The position numbers and the translations under genes are program-made. The notes under the pieces were generated by a model that saw nothing but the letters and a program-made list of their open reading frames with translations, searched no databases and was not told where the DNA came from. From Escherichia coli (GTDB lineage Bacteria; Pseudomonadota; Gammaproteobacteria; Enterobacterales; Enterobacteriaceae), in assembly GCF_016026235.1 (NCBI RefSeq), contig NZ_CP065613.1: DNA of 64,000 nt; one strand, 5' to 3'. Each line of letters opens with the position of its first letter. Position 1 is the stretch's first letter. Of this stretch, positions 1 to 11,291 are shown one piece after another.

Positions 1-881
1 AATAAACCATGGTGATTTCCCGGCAGTACGAGCTTTAGCCGTCACCGATGGTCTGGTTGCTCTTTCCTTCGAGCGTTTAAATCAACGACCTTTAGGCTTA
101 CTTTTATAAAGATAAAAATGCCCTTCATGTTGTGCATTTTTATCTCGACCCAGCAGGCCTTCACCTAAATAAATTGCTGTCGTTGATGCTTTTGTGCCTG
201 AGTCCGACACCTTTTCCCAGCCATTACCAACATTGTAATAATGATTGCCCAGTACCCGGCAAATATAGGTCCAGCCACGGGAGCGGAGCTGTTGGAACCA
301 TCGCCCCTGAAAACCGGCATCTGTAATAACAATGACATCAGTCCCGGGGGAAAAGCACTCAGCAAGCGATTCCAGAAAACGCTCATGTACATCTGCATTC
401 GCTGTCTGTGATGATGGAACGACACAACTCATCAACGGTAAAGAACGCCCGTCACATGCCAGGCTTGCCCGCAAAAGCTGAAAACGAGAGGCATGATAAG
501 CACTCCAGTCAATGAGTATCACAACACGAGACATTCCCCGCGTAATCTTTTGGGTAATTCGCTGAAAAATGGTGGAAACCTCATTTTGCAAATGTCGATT
601 CCCCAACAGTCGATCCACCCGCTTTATTTTGTTTTTAACTGATGCCGTACCGGTTAAATGACGCCCGATACTGGTAAGTGTGAGGGAAGCGCCATTTATT
701 ACAGCATTAGTTGCGTCAATCAGTGATTTTTGACGGTAAAGATGCAAAGGGGCCAGTATGTTGTTAAGGAAATTTTGGCATAATGAACGTGCAGGCATAG
801 TGGTGATCTCCTTGAAATTGTTAGCACAATCAATTAGATCACATCTCACTATGCCTGTCTTGTTTTCTGGGGATTCCTCAG
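1..881 (-). mobile_element. IS10-like (IS4-family) insertion sequence, copy 1, partial (runs off the left edge); outside end CTGAGGAATCCCC at 869-881
   Basis: Encoded protein has IS10-type motifs (KRVDRLLGNRHL, ILIDWS, VITDAGF); terminal sequence resembles the IS10 outside end; bases 7544-8303 are an inverted copy of the same element. Confidence 0.8.
82..798 (-). CDS. IS10-like transposase, 238 codons ending at an in-frame TGA (82-84); the same frame continues transposase-like beyond it
   Basis: ORF track 82..1125 from internal Met (MPARSLCQNF...); identical over 225 aa to the copy at 7627-8303; resemblance to IS10 Tnp is from memory. Confidence 0.75.
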   Translation of the reverse strand: MPARSLCQNFLNNILAPLHLYRQKSLIDATNAVINGASLTLTSIGRHLTGTASVKNKIKRVDRLLGNRHLQNEVSTIFQRITQKITRGMSRVVILIDWSAYHASRFQLLRASLACDGRSLPLMSCVVPSSQTANADVHERFLESLAECFSPGTDVIVITDAGFQGRWFQQLRSRGWTYICRVLGNHYYNVGNGWEKVSDSGTKASTTAIYLGEGLLGRDKNAQHEGHFYLYKSKPKGR

Positions 882-2027
882 GGAAATATCCTGCATTAAC
901 GCAGGCCACGCCCGATACCAGCCAGGGCGTTGCAAAAGCGCCGGAACATGCTGATAACGCTGTAGAATATCCCACAGCAGGCTGCGCTCGACGTTGTGAT
1001 GATAAAGCGCAAACAGATTTTGCGGCTCGCGGTGCTGGCAGGCGCTTATCAGCGTTTGTGCCGCCGCCTGCGCGCCAGTCAGCGCCATATCCATGCCGCG
1101 CACGGAAATTCCGGTATTGACGCAACTGCGCAACGCATCGCCCACCAGCAGCCAGCCGTTACCGGCGTATTGCACCGGCATACTGTGCAAGCCACCTTCT
1201 GGCACCAGATGCGCACCATACTCCAGTGATTCCGTGTTTTTGATAAGCGGGCGCACTGCCGGATGCGCTTTAAAGCGAGTCAGCAGCTCGCTTGCCGGAA
1301 CACGACTTTGCGTAAGGGAAGAGAGCGGGCAAACAATCCCTAACGAGAGCGTTTGTTGATTAGTATAAAGAAATGCGCCGCTGGGTAAGTCATCACAGAT
1401 CCTGCCGCTGAACAGCAACGCTGCGCCTTCGTTATTCTCCAGATGAAAACGTTCTTCAATAGCGGATGTTTCCAGCGACAGCACTTCTTTGATCCCCAAC
1501 GCCATCGCTTCGCCAGCAGGACGAGTCACTAACCCGTGACGTTCAGCCAGGACGCTGTTGGCACCTTCTGCCAGCACCACATAACGGGCGCGGAGAATAT
1601 CGTCACCACAAATGACACCACACACTCTGCCGTTTTCTTCATACAGTGCATCCACCGTCGCACCAGGGATGCATTCGACACCTTCTTTTTCGGCTTCGGC
1701 AACCAGCCACGGATCGAACCGTGCACGTAATACACTCCAGGATTCACCGCCGGGCTGTAAGCTGGAAAACGTCGTTGCGCCATCCGGCGTTAACAGGGAA
1801 AGGCTTTCGTGAGTGATGCGTCGTTCAAGAGGCGCGGTCAGATGAAACTGAGGGAGGAGTTCCGCGAGTGCATGGGTATATAACCGCCCGCCGGAAAGAT
1901 TTTTGCTGCCGGGGATTTCAGCGCGTTCCAGTAACAAAACGGATAAACCCGCTCGCGCGCAGCGTAACGCGCAAGCGGTGCCTGCAATACCGGCACCAAT
2001 AATAATAATGTCGCAGTCGTCTTCCAT
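882..2027 (-). pseudogene. ygcN: ygcN (FixC-like FAD-dependent oxidoreductase), 3' end truncated by the IS insertion at 881
   Basis: N-terminal FAD motif DIIIIGAGIAG; ORF runs into IS sequence about 40 codons short of the ~423 aa I recall for K-12 YgcN; start codon (2027 vs 2057) uncertain. Confidence 0.7.
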
Positions 2028-2104
2028 GTCATGCCCCAGATATCCAGAACACAACACCCTAACATAGCGTTACTTAAGGGAAATTGACCGCCGACACACT
2101 CTTA

Positions 2105-2470
2105 TCATTCGCCGCGATAGATACAACCAGCGGTGCAGGTTTCTTTTACCATCACCGCACTTAACAGCGGCACAACGGGTTTAACCTGATCCCAAATCCA
2201 TTTTGCTAAAACTTCGCTGGTCGGGTTTTCCAGGCCTGGAATATCATTGAGATAATGGTGATCGAGGCGCTCATAAGTTGGCTTAAACGCTGCTTTCAGT
2301 TCAGCGAAATCGATAATCCAGCCCGTATGCGGATCGACTTCCCCGGTAATTTCCAGTCGCACCATAAAGGAATGCCCGTGCAGGCGACCACATTTATGCC
2401 CTTCCGGGACGTGTGGTAAGCGGTGAGCGGCTTCGAAGGTGAAATCTTTAAATAACGTGGTGGACATCAT
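2105..2470 (-). CDS. queD: 6-carboxy-5,6,7,8-tetrahydropterin synthase QueD
   Basis: 121-aa product [35 protein letters not shown]...; divergent from cysJ as in E. coli. Confidence 0.9.
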   Translation of the reverse strand: MMSTTLFKDFTFEAAHRLPHVPEGHKCGRLHGHSFMVRLEITGEVDPHTGWIIDFAELKAAFKPTYERLDHHYLNDIPGLENPTSEVLAKWIWDQVKPVVPLLSAVMVKETCTAGCIYRGE

Positions 2471-2785
2471 AATTTCTCTACAGGACGATAAAACCGCCGT
2501 AGAGTACCGGAAAGGCTGTTTTTTCGCATTATCTAAAACGACTTTGTTGCGCAAAATCGCTGATTTATCTTAATGATTGGCTAAATTCATTTGTTTTTCA
2601 TTAGGTTGGTTAATCTATTTTGTTGTTAAAGACTATTGCTAAAACAGGTTAGTCGATTTGGTTATTAGTTATCGCTATCCCGTCTTTAATCCACACCGTT
2701 CACCCCGTTAACCTTACCTTCTCTTCTGTTTTATGGGCGCTGACAGGGCGCAGAAACAGCTTTGCTTACTGGAACATAACGACGC

Positions 2786-4585
2786 ATGACGACACAGGTC
2801 CCACCTTCCGCGTTGCTTCCGTTGAACCCGGAGCAACTGGCACGCCTTCAGGCGGCCACGACCGATTTAACTCCCACCCAGCTTGCCTGGGTTTCTGGCT
2901 ATTTCTGGGGCGTGCTCAATCAGCAGCCTGCTGCGCTTGCAGCAACGCCAGCGCCAGCCGCAGAAATGCCGGGTATAACTATTATCTCCGCCTCGCAAAC
3001 CGGCAATGCGCGCCGGGTTGCTGAAGCATTACGTGATGATTTATTAGCGGCAAAACTGAACGTTAAGCTGGTGAACGCGGGCGACTATAAATTCAAACAA
3101 ATCGCCAGCGAAAAACTGCTTATCGTGGTGACGTCAACGCAAGGAGAAGGGGAACCGCCGGAAGAAGCCGTCGCGCTGCATAAGTTCCTGTTCTCCAAAA
3201 AAGCGCCGAAGCTGCAAAACACCGCATTTGCCGTGTTTAGCCTCGGCGATAGCTCTTATGAATTTTTCTGCCAGTCCGGGAAAGATTTTGACAGCAAGCT
3301 GGCGGAACTGGGCGGTGAACGCCTGCTCGACCGTGTCGATGCCGACGTTGAATACCAGACCGCTGCCAGCGAGTGGCGCGCTCGCGTGGTTGATGCGCTT
3401 AAATCGCGTGCGCCTGTCGCGGCACCTTCGCAATCCGTCGCTACTGGCGCGGTAAATGAAATCCACACCAGCCCGTACAGCAAAGACTCGCCGCTGGTGG
3501 CGAGCCTCTCTGTTAACCAGAAAATTACCGGGCGTAACTCTGAAAAAGACGTTCGCCATATCGAAATTGACTTAGGTGACTCGGGCCTGCGTTACCAGCC
3601 GGGTGACGCGCTGGGCGTCTGGTATCAGAACGATCCGGCACTGGTGAAAGAACTTGTCGAACTGCTGTGGCTGAAAGGCGATGAACCTGTCACCGTCGAG
3701 GGCAAAACGTTGCCTCTGAACGAAGCGCTACAGTGGCACTTCGAACTGACCGTCAACACCGCCAATATTGTTGAGAACTATGCCACGCTTACCCGCAGCG
3801 AAACGCTGTTGCCGCTGGTGGGCGATAAAGCGAAGTTACAGCATTACGCCGCGACTACGCCGATTGTCGATATGGTGCGCTTCTCTCCGGCGCAACTGGA
3901 CGCCGAAGCGCTGATTAATCTGCTGCGCCCGCTGACGCCGCGTCTCTATTCCATCGCCTCCTCGCAGGCGGAAGTCGAGAACGAAGTACACGTCACCGTT
4001 GGTGTGGTGCGTTACGACGTGGAAGGCCGCGCCCGTGCCGGTGGTGCCTCCAGCTTCCTCGCGGACCGCGTGGAAGAAGAGGGCGAAGTTCGCGTATTTA
4101 TCGAACATAACGATAACTTCCGCCTGCCCGCTAACCCGGAAACCCCGGTGATTATGATTGGCCCAGGCACCGGCATCGCGCCGTTCCGCGCCTTTATGCA
4201 GCAGCGCGCCGCTGACGAAGCGCCGGGTAAAAACTGGCTGTTCTTTGGCAACCCGCATTTTACGGAAGATTTCCTCTACCAGGTGGAGTGGCAGCGCTAC
4301 GTCAAAGAGGGCGTGCTGACACGTATCGATCTCGCCTGGTCGCGCGATCAAAAAGAAAAAGTTTACGTACAAGACAAACTGCGCGAACAGGGCGCGGAGC
4401 TGTGGCGCTGGATCAATGACGGTGCCCACATTTATGTCTGCGGCGACGCTAATCGCATGGCGAAAGACGTTGAGCAGGCACTTCTGGAAGTGATTGCCGA
4501 ATTTGGTGGCATGGACACCGAAGCGGCGGATGAATTTTTAAGTGAGCTGCGCGTAGAGCGCCGTTATCAGCGAGATGTCTACTAA
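2786..4585 (+). CDS. cysJ: Sulfite reductase [NADPH] flavoprotein alpha subunit
   Basis: 599-aa ORF, flavodoxin plus FAD/NADPH reductase domains, first gene of cysJIH. Confidence 0.95.
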   Translation: MTTQVPPSALLPLNPEQLARLQAATTDLTPTQLAWVSGYFWGVLNQQPAALAATPAPAAEMPGITIISASQTGNARRVAEALRDDLLAAKLNVKLVNAGDYKFKQIASEKLLIVVTSTQGEGEPPEEAVALHKFLFSKKAPKLQNTAFAVFSLGDSSYEFFCQSGKDFDSKLAELGGERLLDRVDADVEYQTAASEWRARVVDALKSRAPVAAPSQSVATGAVNEIHTSPYSKDSPLVASLSVNQKITGRNSEKDVRHIEIDLGDSGLRYQPGDALGVWYQNDPALVKELVELLWLKGDEPVTVEGKTLPLNEALQWHFELTVNTANIVENYATLTRSETLLPLVGDKAKLQHYAATTPIVDMVRFSPAQLDAEALINLLRPLTPRLYSIASSQAEVENEVHVTVGVVRYDVEGRARAGGASSFLADRVEEEGEVRVFIEHNDNFRLPANPETPVIMIGPGTGIAPFRAFMQQRAADEAPGKNWLFFGNPHFTEDFLYQVEWQRYVKEGVLTRIDLAWSRDQKEKVYVQDKLREQGAELWRWINDGAHIYVCGDANRMAKDVEQALLEVIAEFGGMDTEAADEFLSELRVERRYQRDVY

Positions 4586-6297
4586 TGAGCGAAAAACATC
4601 CAGGGCCTTTAGTGGTCGAAGGAAAACTGACAGACGCCGAGCGCATGAAGCTTGAAAGCAACTACCTGCGCGGCACCATTGCGGAAGATTTAAACGACGG
4701 TCTGACCGGCGGCTTTAAGGGCGACAACTTCCTGCTGATCCGCTTCCACGGCATGTATCAGCAGGATGACCGCGACATCCGCGCCGAACGTGCTGAACAG
4801 AAGCTGGAGCCGCGCCACGCGATGCTGTTGCGCTGCCGTCTGCCGGGTGGGGTGATTACCACTAAACAGTGGCAGGCGATCGACAAATTTGCCGGTGAAA
4901 ACACCATCTATGGCAGCATTCGCCTGACCAACCGCCAGACGTTTCAGTTCCACGGCATTCTGAAAAAGAACGTCAAACCGGTGCACCAGATGCTGCACTC
5001 GGTCGGTCTTGATGCGCTGGCGACCGCTAACGACATGAACCGTAACGTACTCTGCACCTCGAACCCTTACGAGTCGCAGCTACACGCGGAAGCGTATGAA
5101 TGGGCGAAGAAAATCTCTGAACATCTGCTGCCGCGTACCCGCGCGTATGCGGAGATCTGGCTCGATCAGGAAAAAGTCGCCACCACCGATGAAGAACCGA
5201 TCCTCGGCCAGACCTACCTGCCGCGTAAATTCAAAACCACGGTAGTGATCCCGCCACAGAACGATATCGATCTGCACGCCAACGACATGAACTTCGTGGC
5301 AATCGCCGAAAACGGCAAGCTGGTGGGCTTTAACCTGCTGGTGGGCGGTGGGCTTTCCATCGAACACGGCAACAAGAAAACCTACGCCCGCACCGCGAGT
5401 GAGTTTGGCTATCTGCCGCTGGAGCATACGCTGGCAGTGGCGGAAGCCGTCGTGACAACTCAGCGTGACTGGGGTAACCGAACCGATCGTAAAAATGCCA
5501 AAACCAAATACACGCTGGAGCGCGTGGGGGTTGAGACGTTTAAAGCGGAAGTGGAGCGTCGCGCGGGGATCAAATTCGAGCCGATTCGCCCGTATGAGTT
5601 TACCGGACGCGGAGATCGTATTGGCTGGGTTAAGGGCATTGATGATAACTGGCACCTGACGCTGTTTATCGAAAATGGTCGCATCCTTGATTATCCGGGG
5701 CGTCCGCTGAAAACCGGCCTGCTGGAGATCGCGAAGATCCACAAAGGCGATTTCCGCATTACGGCGAACCAGAATCTGATCATCGCCGGTGTGCCGGAAA
5801 GCGAGAAAGCGAAGATCGAGAAGATCGCTAAAGAGAGCGGGTTAATGAATGCCGTCACGCCGCAGCGTGAAAACTCAATGGCCTGCGTGTCATTCCCGAC
5901 TTGCCCGCTGGCGATGGCGGAAGCGGAGCGTTTCCTGCCGTCTTTTATCGACAACATCGATAATTTAATGGCGAAACATGGTGTCAGCGATGAGCATATC
6001 GTGATGCGTGTAACAGGCTGCCCGAACGGTTGTGGTCGCGCGATGCTGGCGGAAGTGGGCCTGGTGGGTAAAGCGCCGGGTCGCTACAACCTGCATCTTG
6101 GCGGCAACCGTATTGGGACACGTATCCCACGGATGTATAAAGAAAACATCACCGAGCCGGAAATCCTGGCGTCGCTTGATGAACTGATAGGGCGCTGGGC
6201 GAAAGAGCGCGAAGCGGGTGAAGGCTTCGGCGACTTTACGGTGCGTGCGGGCATCATTCGCCCGGTGCTCGATCCGGCGCGCGATTTGTGGGATTAA
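4585..6297 (+). CDS. cysI: Sulfite reductase [NADPH] hemoprotein beta subunit
   Basis: 570-aa ORF, start overlaps cysJ stop (ATGA). Confidence 0.95.
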
Positions 6298-6313
6298 CCA
6301 TCAGCCCGGTCTT

Positions 6314-6350
6314 GTAGGCCTGATAAGACGCGTGAGCGTCGCATCAGGCA
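6314..6350. repeat. REP-like palindromic unit in the cysI-cysH spacer
   Basis: GTAGGCCTGATAAGACGCG...GCGTCGCATCAGGCA inverted repeat. Confidence 0.6.
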
Positions 6351-6370
6351 AGGCAAACAGTGAGGAATCT

Positions 6371-7105
6371 ATGTCCAAACTCGATCTAAACGCCCTGAAC
6401 GAACTGCCGAAGGTAGATCGCATTCTGGCGCTGGCGGAAACTAACGCCCAACTGGAAAAACTGGACGCTGAAGGCCGCGTAGCTTGGGCGCTGGATAATC
6501 TGCCCGGTGAATATGTACTTTCTTCCAGCTTTGGCATTCAGGCGGCGGTGAGCCTGCATCTGGTGAATCAAATTCGCCCGGATATTCCGGTGATCCTCAC
6601 CGATACCGGTTACTTGTTCCCGGAAACCTACCGCTTTATTGACGAGTTAACGGACAAACTCAAGCTCAACCTGAAAGTGTACCGTGCTACCGAAAGCGCA
6701 GCCTGGCAGGAAGCACGCTACGGAAAACTGTGGGAACAGGGCGTTGAAGGCATTGAAAAGTACAATGACATCAACAAAGTCGAACCGATGAACCGGGCGC
6801 TGAAAGAACTTAACGCGCAAACGTGGTTTGCTGGCCTGCGCCGTGAACAATCCGGCAGCCGCGCCAATTTACCGGTGCTGGCAATTCAGCGTGGCGTATT
6901 TAAAGTGCTGCCGATTATCGACTGGGATAACCGAACGATATATCAGTATCTGCAAAAGCATGGCCTGAAATATCACCCATTATGGGACGAAGGATATTTA
7001 TCGGTGGGCGATACCCATACAACCCGTAAATGGGAACCCGGCATGGCGGAAGAAGAAACGCGTTTCTTTGGCTTAAAAAGGGAATGTGGGTTACACGAAG
7101 GGTAA
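6371..7105 (+). CDS. cysH: Phosphoadenosine phosphosulfate (PAPS) reductase
   Basis: 244-aa product [31 protein letters not shown]...; the ORF track extends upstream, start chosen at MSKLD. Confidence 0.93.
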
Positions 7106-7122
7106 ATATTGCCGGATAAATT

Positions 7123-7160
7123 AAACGCCTCTGTCAGAAATGATGGGGGCGTTTTTATTT
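7123..7160 (+). terminator. Putative rho-independent terminator of cysJIH
   Basis: AAACGCCTC...GGGGGCGTTT stem followed by TTTTATTTT immediately after the cysH stop. Confidence 0.45.
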
Positions 7161-7368
7161 TGCGAGCAGCATTCCTGATTTTAAACGTGAACGCCGCTGG
7201 AAGAATTATCAGGTATAGAATGGCGTCGGGTGCTTGAGGCTGTCTGGCGTTAAGCATTCGCGAGGTTCCAGATGGACAAAAGCCCCAGGCGATATTTCTA
7301 TCAACCTGAGGCTCGCGTTCGAACGTAGCAATTCGAATGTTAGTCTCTTCTTTGCAGGGAGGCAAGAC

Positions 7369-7521
7369 ATGCTGACAAAATATGCCCTTGTGGCAATCAT
7401 AGTGCTGTGTTTTACAGTACTGGGATTCACGCTGATGGTAGGCGACTCGTTGTGTGAGTTGAGTATCAGAGAACGTGGTATGGAGTTTAAGGCTGTTCTC
7501 GCTTACGAATCGAAGAAGTAG
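7369..7521 (+). CDS. hokX: Hok/Gef-family type I toxin (50 aa) with an in-frame upstream Mok-like extension back to 7234; position matches the hokX/sokX locus next to cysH
   Basis: [50 protein letters not shown] carries the Hok motifs SLCE..IR and AYES; SD GGGAGG 7-14 nt upstream; gene name by position, from memory. Confidence 0.7.
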   Translation: MLTKYALVAIIVLCFTVLGFTLMVGDSLCELSIRERGMEFKAVLAYESKK

Positions 7522-7543
7522 CCACCACGCGGGGGTAAAACCC

Positions 7544-8303
7544 CTGAGGAATCCCCAGAAAACAAGACAGGCATAGTGAGATGTGATCTAATTGATTGTG
7601 CTAACAATTTCAAGGAGATCACCACTATGCCTGCACGTTCATTATGCCAAAATTTCCTTAACAATATACTGGCCCCTTTGCATCTTTACCGTCAAAAATC
7701 ACTGATTGACGCAACTAATGCTGTAATAAATGGCGCTTCCCTCACACTTACCAGTATCGGGCGTCATTTAACCGGTACGGCATCAGTTAAAAACAAAATA
7801 AAGCGGGTGGATCGACTGTTGGGGAATCGACATTTGCAAAATGAGGTTTCCACCATTTTTCAGCGAATTACCCAAAAGATTACGCGGGGAATGTCTCGTG
7901 TTGTGATACTCATTGACTGGAGTGCTTATCATGCCTCTCGTTTTCAGCTTTTGCGGGCAAGCCTGGCATGTGACGGGCGTTCTTTACCGTTGATGAGTTG
8001 TGTCGTTCCATCATCACAGACAGCGAATGCAGATGTACATGAGCGTTTTCTGGAATCGCTTGCTGAGTGCTTTTCCCCCGGGACTGATGTCATTGTTATT
8101 ACAGATGCCGGTTTTCAGGGGCGATGGTTCCAACAGCTCCGCTCCCGTGGCTGGACCTATATTTGCCGGGTACTGGGCAATCATTATTACAATGTTGGTA
8201 ATGGCTGGGAAAAGGTGTCGGACTCAGGCACAAAAGCATCAACGACAGCAATTTATTTAGGTGAAGGCCTGCTGGGTCGAGATAAAAATGCACAACATGA
8301 AGG
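7544..8303 (+). mobile_element. IS10-like insertion sequence, copy 2, truncated (outside end plus 5' part of transposase), interrupted by IS4
   Basis: Begins CTGAGGAATCCCC 22 bp after the hok stop; inverted duplicate of 1-881; ends where the IS4 left end begins. Confidence 0.8.
7627..8303 (+). pseudogene. IS10-like transposase truncated after codon 225 by the IS4 insertion (the ORF reads 9 more codons into IS4)
   Basis: Identical to the 82-798 product up to ...DKNAQHEG, then diverges into the IS4 left end. Confidence 0.8.
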
Positions 8304-9729
8304 TAATGCCGATCAGTTAAGGATCAGTTGACCGATCCAGTGGCTGTGTAAGAATCCGGAAACGCTCACTTGTTTCCGGATTTTTTTATGCACATTGGAC
8401 AGGCTCTTGATCTGGTATCCCGTTACGATTCTCTGCGTAACCCACTGACTTCTCTGGGGGATTACCTCGACCCCGAACTCATCTCTCGTTGCCTTGCCGA
8501 ATCAGGTACTGTAACGCTACGCAAGCGCCGTCTTCCCCTCGAAATGATGGTCTGGTGTATTGTTGGCATGGCGCTTGAGCGTAAAGAACCTCTTCACCAG
8601 ATTGTGAATCGCCTGGACATCATGCTGCCGGGCAATCGCCCCTTCGTTGCCCCCAGTGCCGTTATTCAGGCCCGCCAGCGCCTGGGAAGTGAGGCTGTCC
8701 GCCGCGTGTTCACGAAAACAGCGCAGCTCTGGCATAACGCCACGCCGCATCCGCACTGGTGCGGCCTGACCCTGCTGGCCATCGATGGTGTGTTCTGGCG
8801 CACACCGGATACACCAGAGAACGATGCAGCCTTCCCCCGCCAGACACATGCCGGGAACCCGGCGCTCTACCCGCAGGTCAAAATGGTCTGCCAGATGGAA
8901 CTGACCAGCCATCTGCTGACGGCTGCAGCCTTCGGCACGATGAAGAACAGCGAAAATGAGCTTGCTGAGCAACTTATAGAACAAACCGGCGATAACACTC
9001 TGACGTTAATGGATAAAGGTTATTACTCACTGGGACTGTTAAATGCCTGGAGCCTGGCGGGAGAACACCGCCACTGGATGATACCTCTCAGAAAGGGAGC
9101 GCAATATGAAGAGCTCAGAAAACTGGGTAAAGGCGATCATCTGGTGAAGCTGAAAACCAGCCCGCAGGCACGAAAAAAGTGGCCGGGACTGGGAAATGAA
9201 GTGACAGCCCGCCTGCTGACCGTGACGCGCAAAGGAAAAGTCTGCCATCTGCTGACGTCGATGACGGACGCCATGCGCTTCCCCGGAGGAGAAATGGCGG
9301 ATCTGTACAGTCATCGCTGGGAAATCGAACTGGGATACAGGGAGATAAAACAGACGATGCAACTGAGCAGGCTGACGCTGAGAAGTAAAAAGCCGGAGCT
9401 TGTGGAGCAAGAGCTGTGGGGTGTCTTACTGGCTTATAATCTGGTGAGATATCAGATGATTAAAATGGCGGAACATCTGAAAGGTTACTGGCCGAATCAA
9501 CTGAGTTTCTCAGAATCATGCGGAATGGTGATGAGAATGCTGATGACATTGCAGGGCGCTTCACCGGGACGTATACCGGAGCTGATGCGCGATCTTGCAA
9601 GTATGGGACAACTTGTGAAATTACCGACGAGAAGGGGAAGGGCCTTCCCGAGAGTGGTAAAGGAGAGGCCCTGGAAATACCCCACAGCCCCGAAAAAGAG
9701 CCAGTCAGTTGCTTAACTGACTGGCATTA
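8304..9729 (+). mobile_element. IS4, complete 1426-bp element with imperfect terminal inverted repeats (TAATGCCGATCAGTTAAGG ... CTTAACTGACTGGCATTA)
   Basis: Length, terminal repeats and encoded InsG match IS4; flanks (ACAACATGAAGG left, CGACATTTGCCG right) are not a direct repeat. Confidence 0.9.
8388..9716 (+). CDS. insG: IS4 transposase InsG (442 aa)
   Basis: [36 protein letters not shown]... near-identical to E. coli IS4 transposase as remembered. Confidence 0.92.
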   Translation: MHIGQALDLVSRYDSLRNPLTSLGDYLDPELISRCLAESGTVTLRKRRLPLEMMVWCIVGMALERKEPLHQIVNRLDIMLPGNRPFVAPSAVIQARQRLGSEAVRRVFTKTAQLWHNATPHPHWCGLTLLAIDGVFWRTPDTPENDAAFPRQTHAGNPALYPQVKMVCQMELTSHLLTAAAFGTMKNSENELAEQLIEQTGDNTLTLMDKGYYSLGLLNAWSLAGEHRHWMIPLRKGAQYEELRKLGKGDHLVKLKTSPQARKKWPGLGNEVTARLLTVTRKGKVCHLLTSMTDAMRFPGGEMADLYSHRWEIELGYREIKQTMQLSRLTLRSKKPELVEQELWGVLLAYNLVRYQMIKMAEHLKGYWPNQLSFSESCGMVMRMLMTLQGASPGRIPELMRDLASMGQLVKLPTRRGRAFPRVVKERPWKYPTAPKKSQSVA

Positions 9730-9764
9730 CGACATTTGCCGGGGTTATGAGCATAACGTAATGC

Positions 9765-11282
9765 TTATTTCACCGGACGCATCGCCGGGAACAGAATAAC
9801 ATCGCGGATGGTATGGCTGTTGGTGAACAGCATTACCATACGGTCGATACCAATCCCCAGACCTGCTGTCGGCGGTAAGCCATGTTCCAGTGCGGTAACG
9901 TAATCTTCATCGTAGAACATCGCTTCGTCGTCACCTGCGTCTTTCGCGGCAACCTGATCCAGGAAGCGTTGCGCCTGATCTTCCGCGTCATTCAGCTCGC
10001 TAAAGCCGTTACCGATTTCACGACCACCGATGAAGAACTCAAAGCGGTCTGTGATTTCCGGGTTAATGTCGTTACGACGCGCCAGCGGAGAAACTTCTGC
10101 CGGATATTCAGTAATAAAGGTCGGCTGAATCAGATGTGCTTCTGCCACTTCTTCGAAGATCTCGGTAACGATACGGCCCAGACCCCAGCTCTTCTCAACG
10201 TGGATACCGATAGATTCAGCAATCGCTTTCGCAGAGTCGAAGTTATCCAGATCCGCCATGTCGGTTTCTGGGCGATATTTCTTGATCGCTTCACGCATGG
10301 TCAGTTTTTCGAACGGTTTACCGAAGTCCAGCGTCACGTCGCCGTAGGTCACTTCCGTCTTACCGAGAATATCCTGTGCCAGAGTACGGAACAGCGATTC
10401 GGTCAGCTCGATCAGATCTTTGTAATCTGCGTAAGCCATGTAGAGTTCCATCATGGTGAACTCTGGGTTATGACGTACGGAGATACCTTCGTTACGGAAG
10501 TTACGGTTGATTTCGAATACACGCTCGAAGCCACCGACCACCAGACGCTTGAGGTACAGTTCCGGCGCGATACGCAGGTACATGTCGAGATCCAGCGCGT
10601 TATGGTGGGTGATAAACGGACGCGCAGCGGCACCGCCAGGGATCACCTGCATCATCGGCGTTTCAACTTCCATAAAGCCGCGGTTCACCATGAACTGGCG
10701 AATACCAGAGAGGATCTGCGAGCGTACTTTAAAGGTGTTACGGGATTCATCGTTAGAGATGAGATCCAAATAACGCTGACGATAGCGCGCTTCCTGATCC
10801 TGCAAGCCGTGGAATTTATCCGGCAGCGGACGCAGTGCTTTGGTCAGCAGACGCAGCTCGGTACAGTGGATAGACAGTTCGCCGGTTTTGGTTTTGAACA
10901 GTTTACCTTTCGCGCCGAGGATGTCGCCGAGGTCCCATTTTTTGAACTGCTCGTTGTAAACGCCTTCCGGCAGATCGTCACGGGCAACGTACAGCTGAAT
11001 GCGGCCCCCCACATCCTGCAGGGTAACGAAAGACGCTTTACCCATAATACGACGGGTCATCATGCGGCCAGCAACGGCGACTTCGATGTTCAGCGCTTCC
11101 AGTTCTTCGTTCTCTTTACCGTCGAATTCTGCGTGCAATTGGTCAGAGGTATGATCGCGACGGAAATCGTTCGGGAAGGCAATCCCCTGCTCGCGCAGGT
11201 TCACCAGCTTCTCACGACGCGTTTTCAGTTCATTGTTAAGATCGACTACCGCGTCAGCGCCCTGTGCGTGTTGTTCAGACAT
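9765..11282 (-). CDS. lysS: Lysyl-tRNA synthetase, constitutive
   Basis: 505-aa class II aaRS; directly downstream of prfB. Confidence 0.95.
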   Translation of the reverse strand: MSEQHAQGADAVVDLNNELKTRREKLVNLREQGIAFPNDFRRDHTSDQLHAEFDGKENEELEALNIEVAVAGRMMTRRIMGKASFVTLQDVGGRIQLYVARDDLPEGVYNEQFKKWDLGDILGAKGKLFKTKTGELSIHCTELRLLTKALRPLPDKFHGLQDQEARYRQRYLDLISNDESRNTFKVRSQILSGIRQFMVNRGFMEVETPMMQVIPGGAAARPFITHHNALDLDMYLRIAPELYLKRLVVGGFERVFEINRNFRNEGISVRHNPEFTMMELYMAYADYKDLIELTESLFRTLAQDILGKTEVTYGDVTLDFGKPFEKLTMREAIKKYRPETDMADLDNFDSAKAIAESIGIHVEKSWGLGRIVTEIFEEVAEAHLIQPTFITEYPAEVSPLARRNDINPEITDRFEFFIGGREIGNGFSELNDAEDQAQRFLDQVAAKDAGDDEAMFYDEDYVTALEHGLPPTAGLGIGIDRMVMLFTNSHTIRDVILFPAMRPVK

Positions 11283-11291
11283 GTTGGTTCC

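Noticed and set aside
82-1125. 347-aa minus-strand ORF
   Set aside because: Only the part from the internal Met at 798 is transposase; upstream of that the frame reads through the IS end into antisense of ygcN, so the long ORF is a fusion artefact.
3134-4429. Minus-strand ORFs of 141 and 197 aa
   Set aside because: Inside cysJ on the opposite strand, with no independent support.
7209-7430. 73-aa minus-strand ORF across the hok start
   Set aside because: Antisense to the mok/hok region; any real product from this strand would be a short Sok-like RNA, whose ends I could not place.
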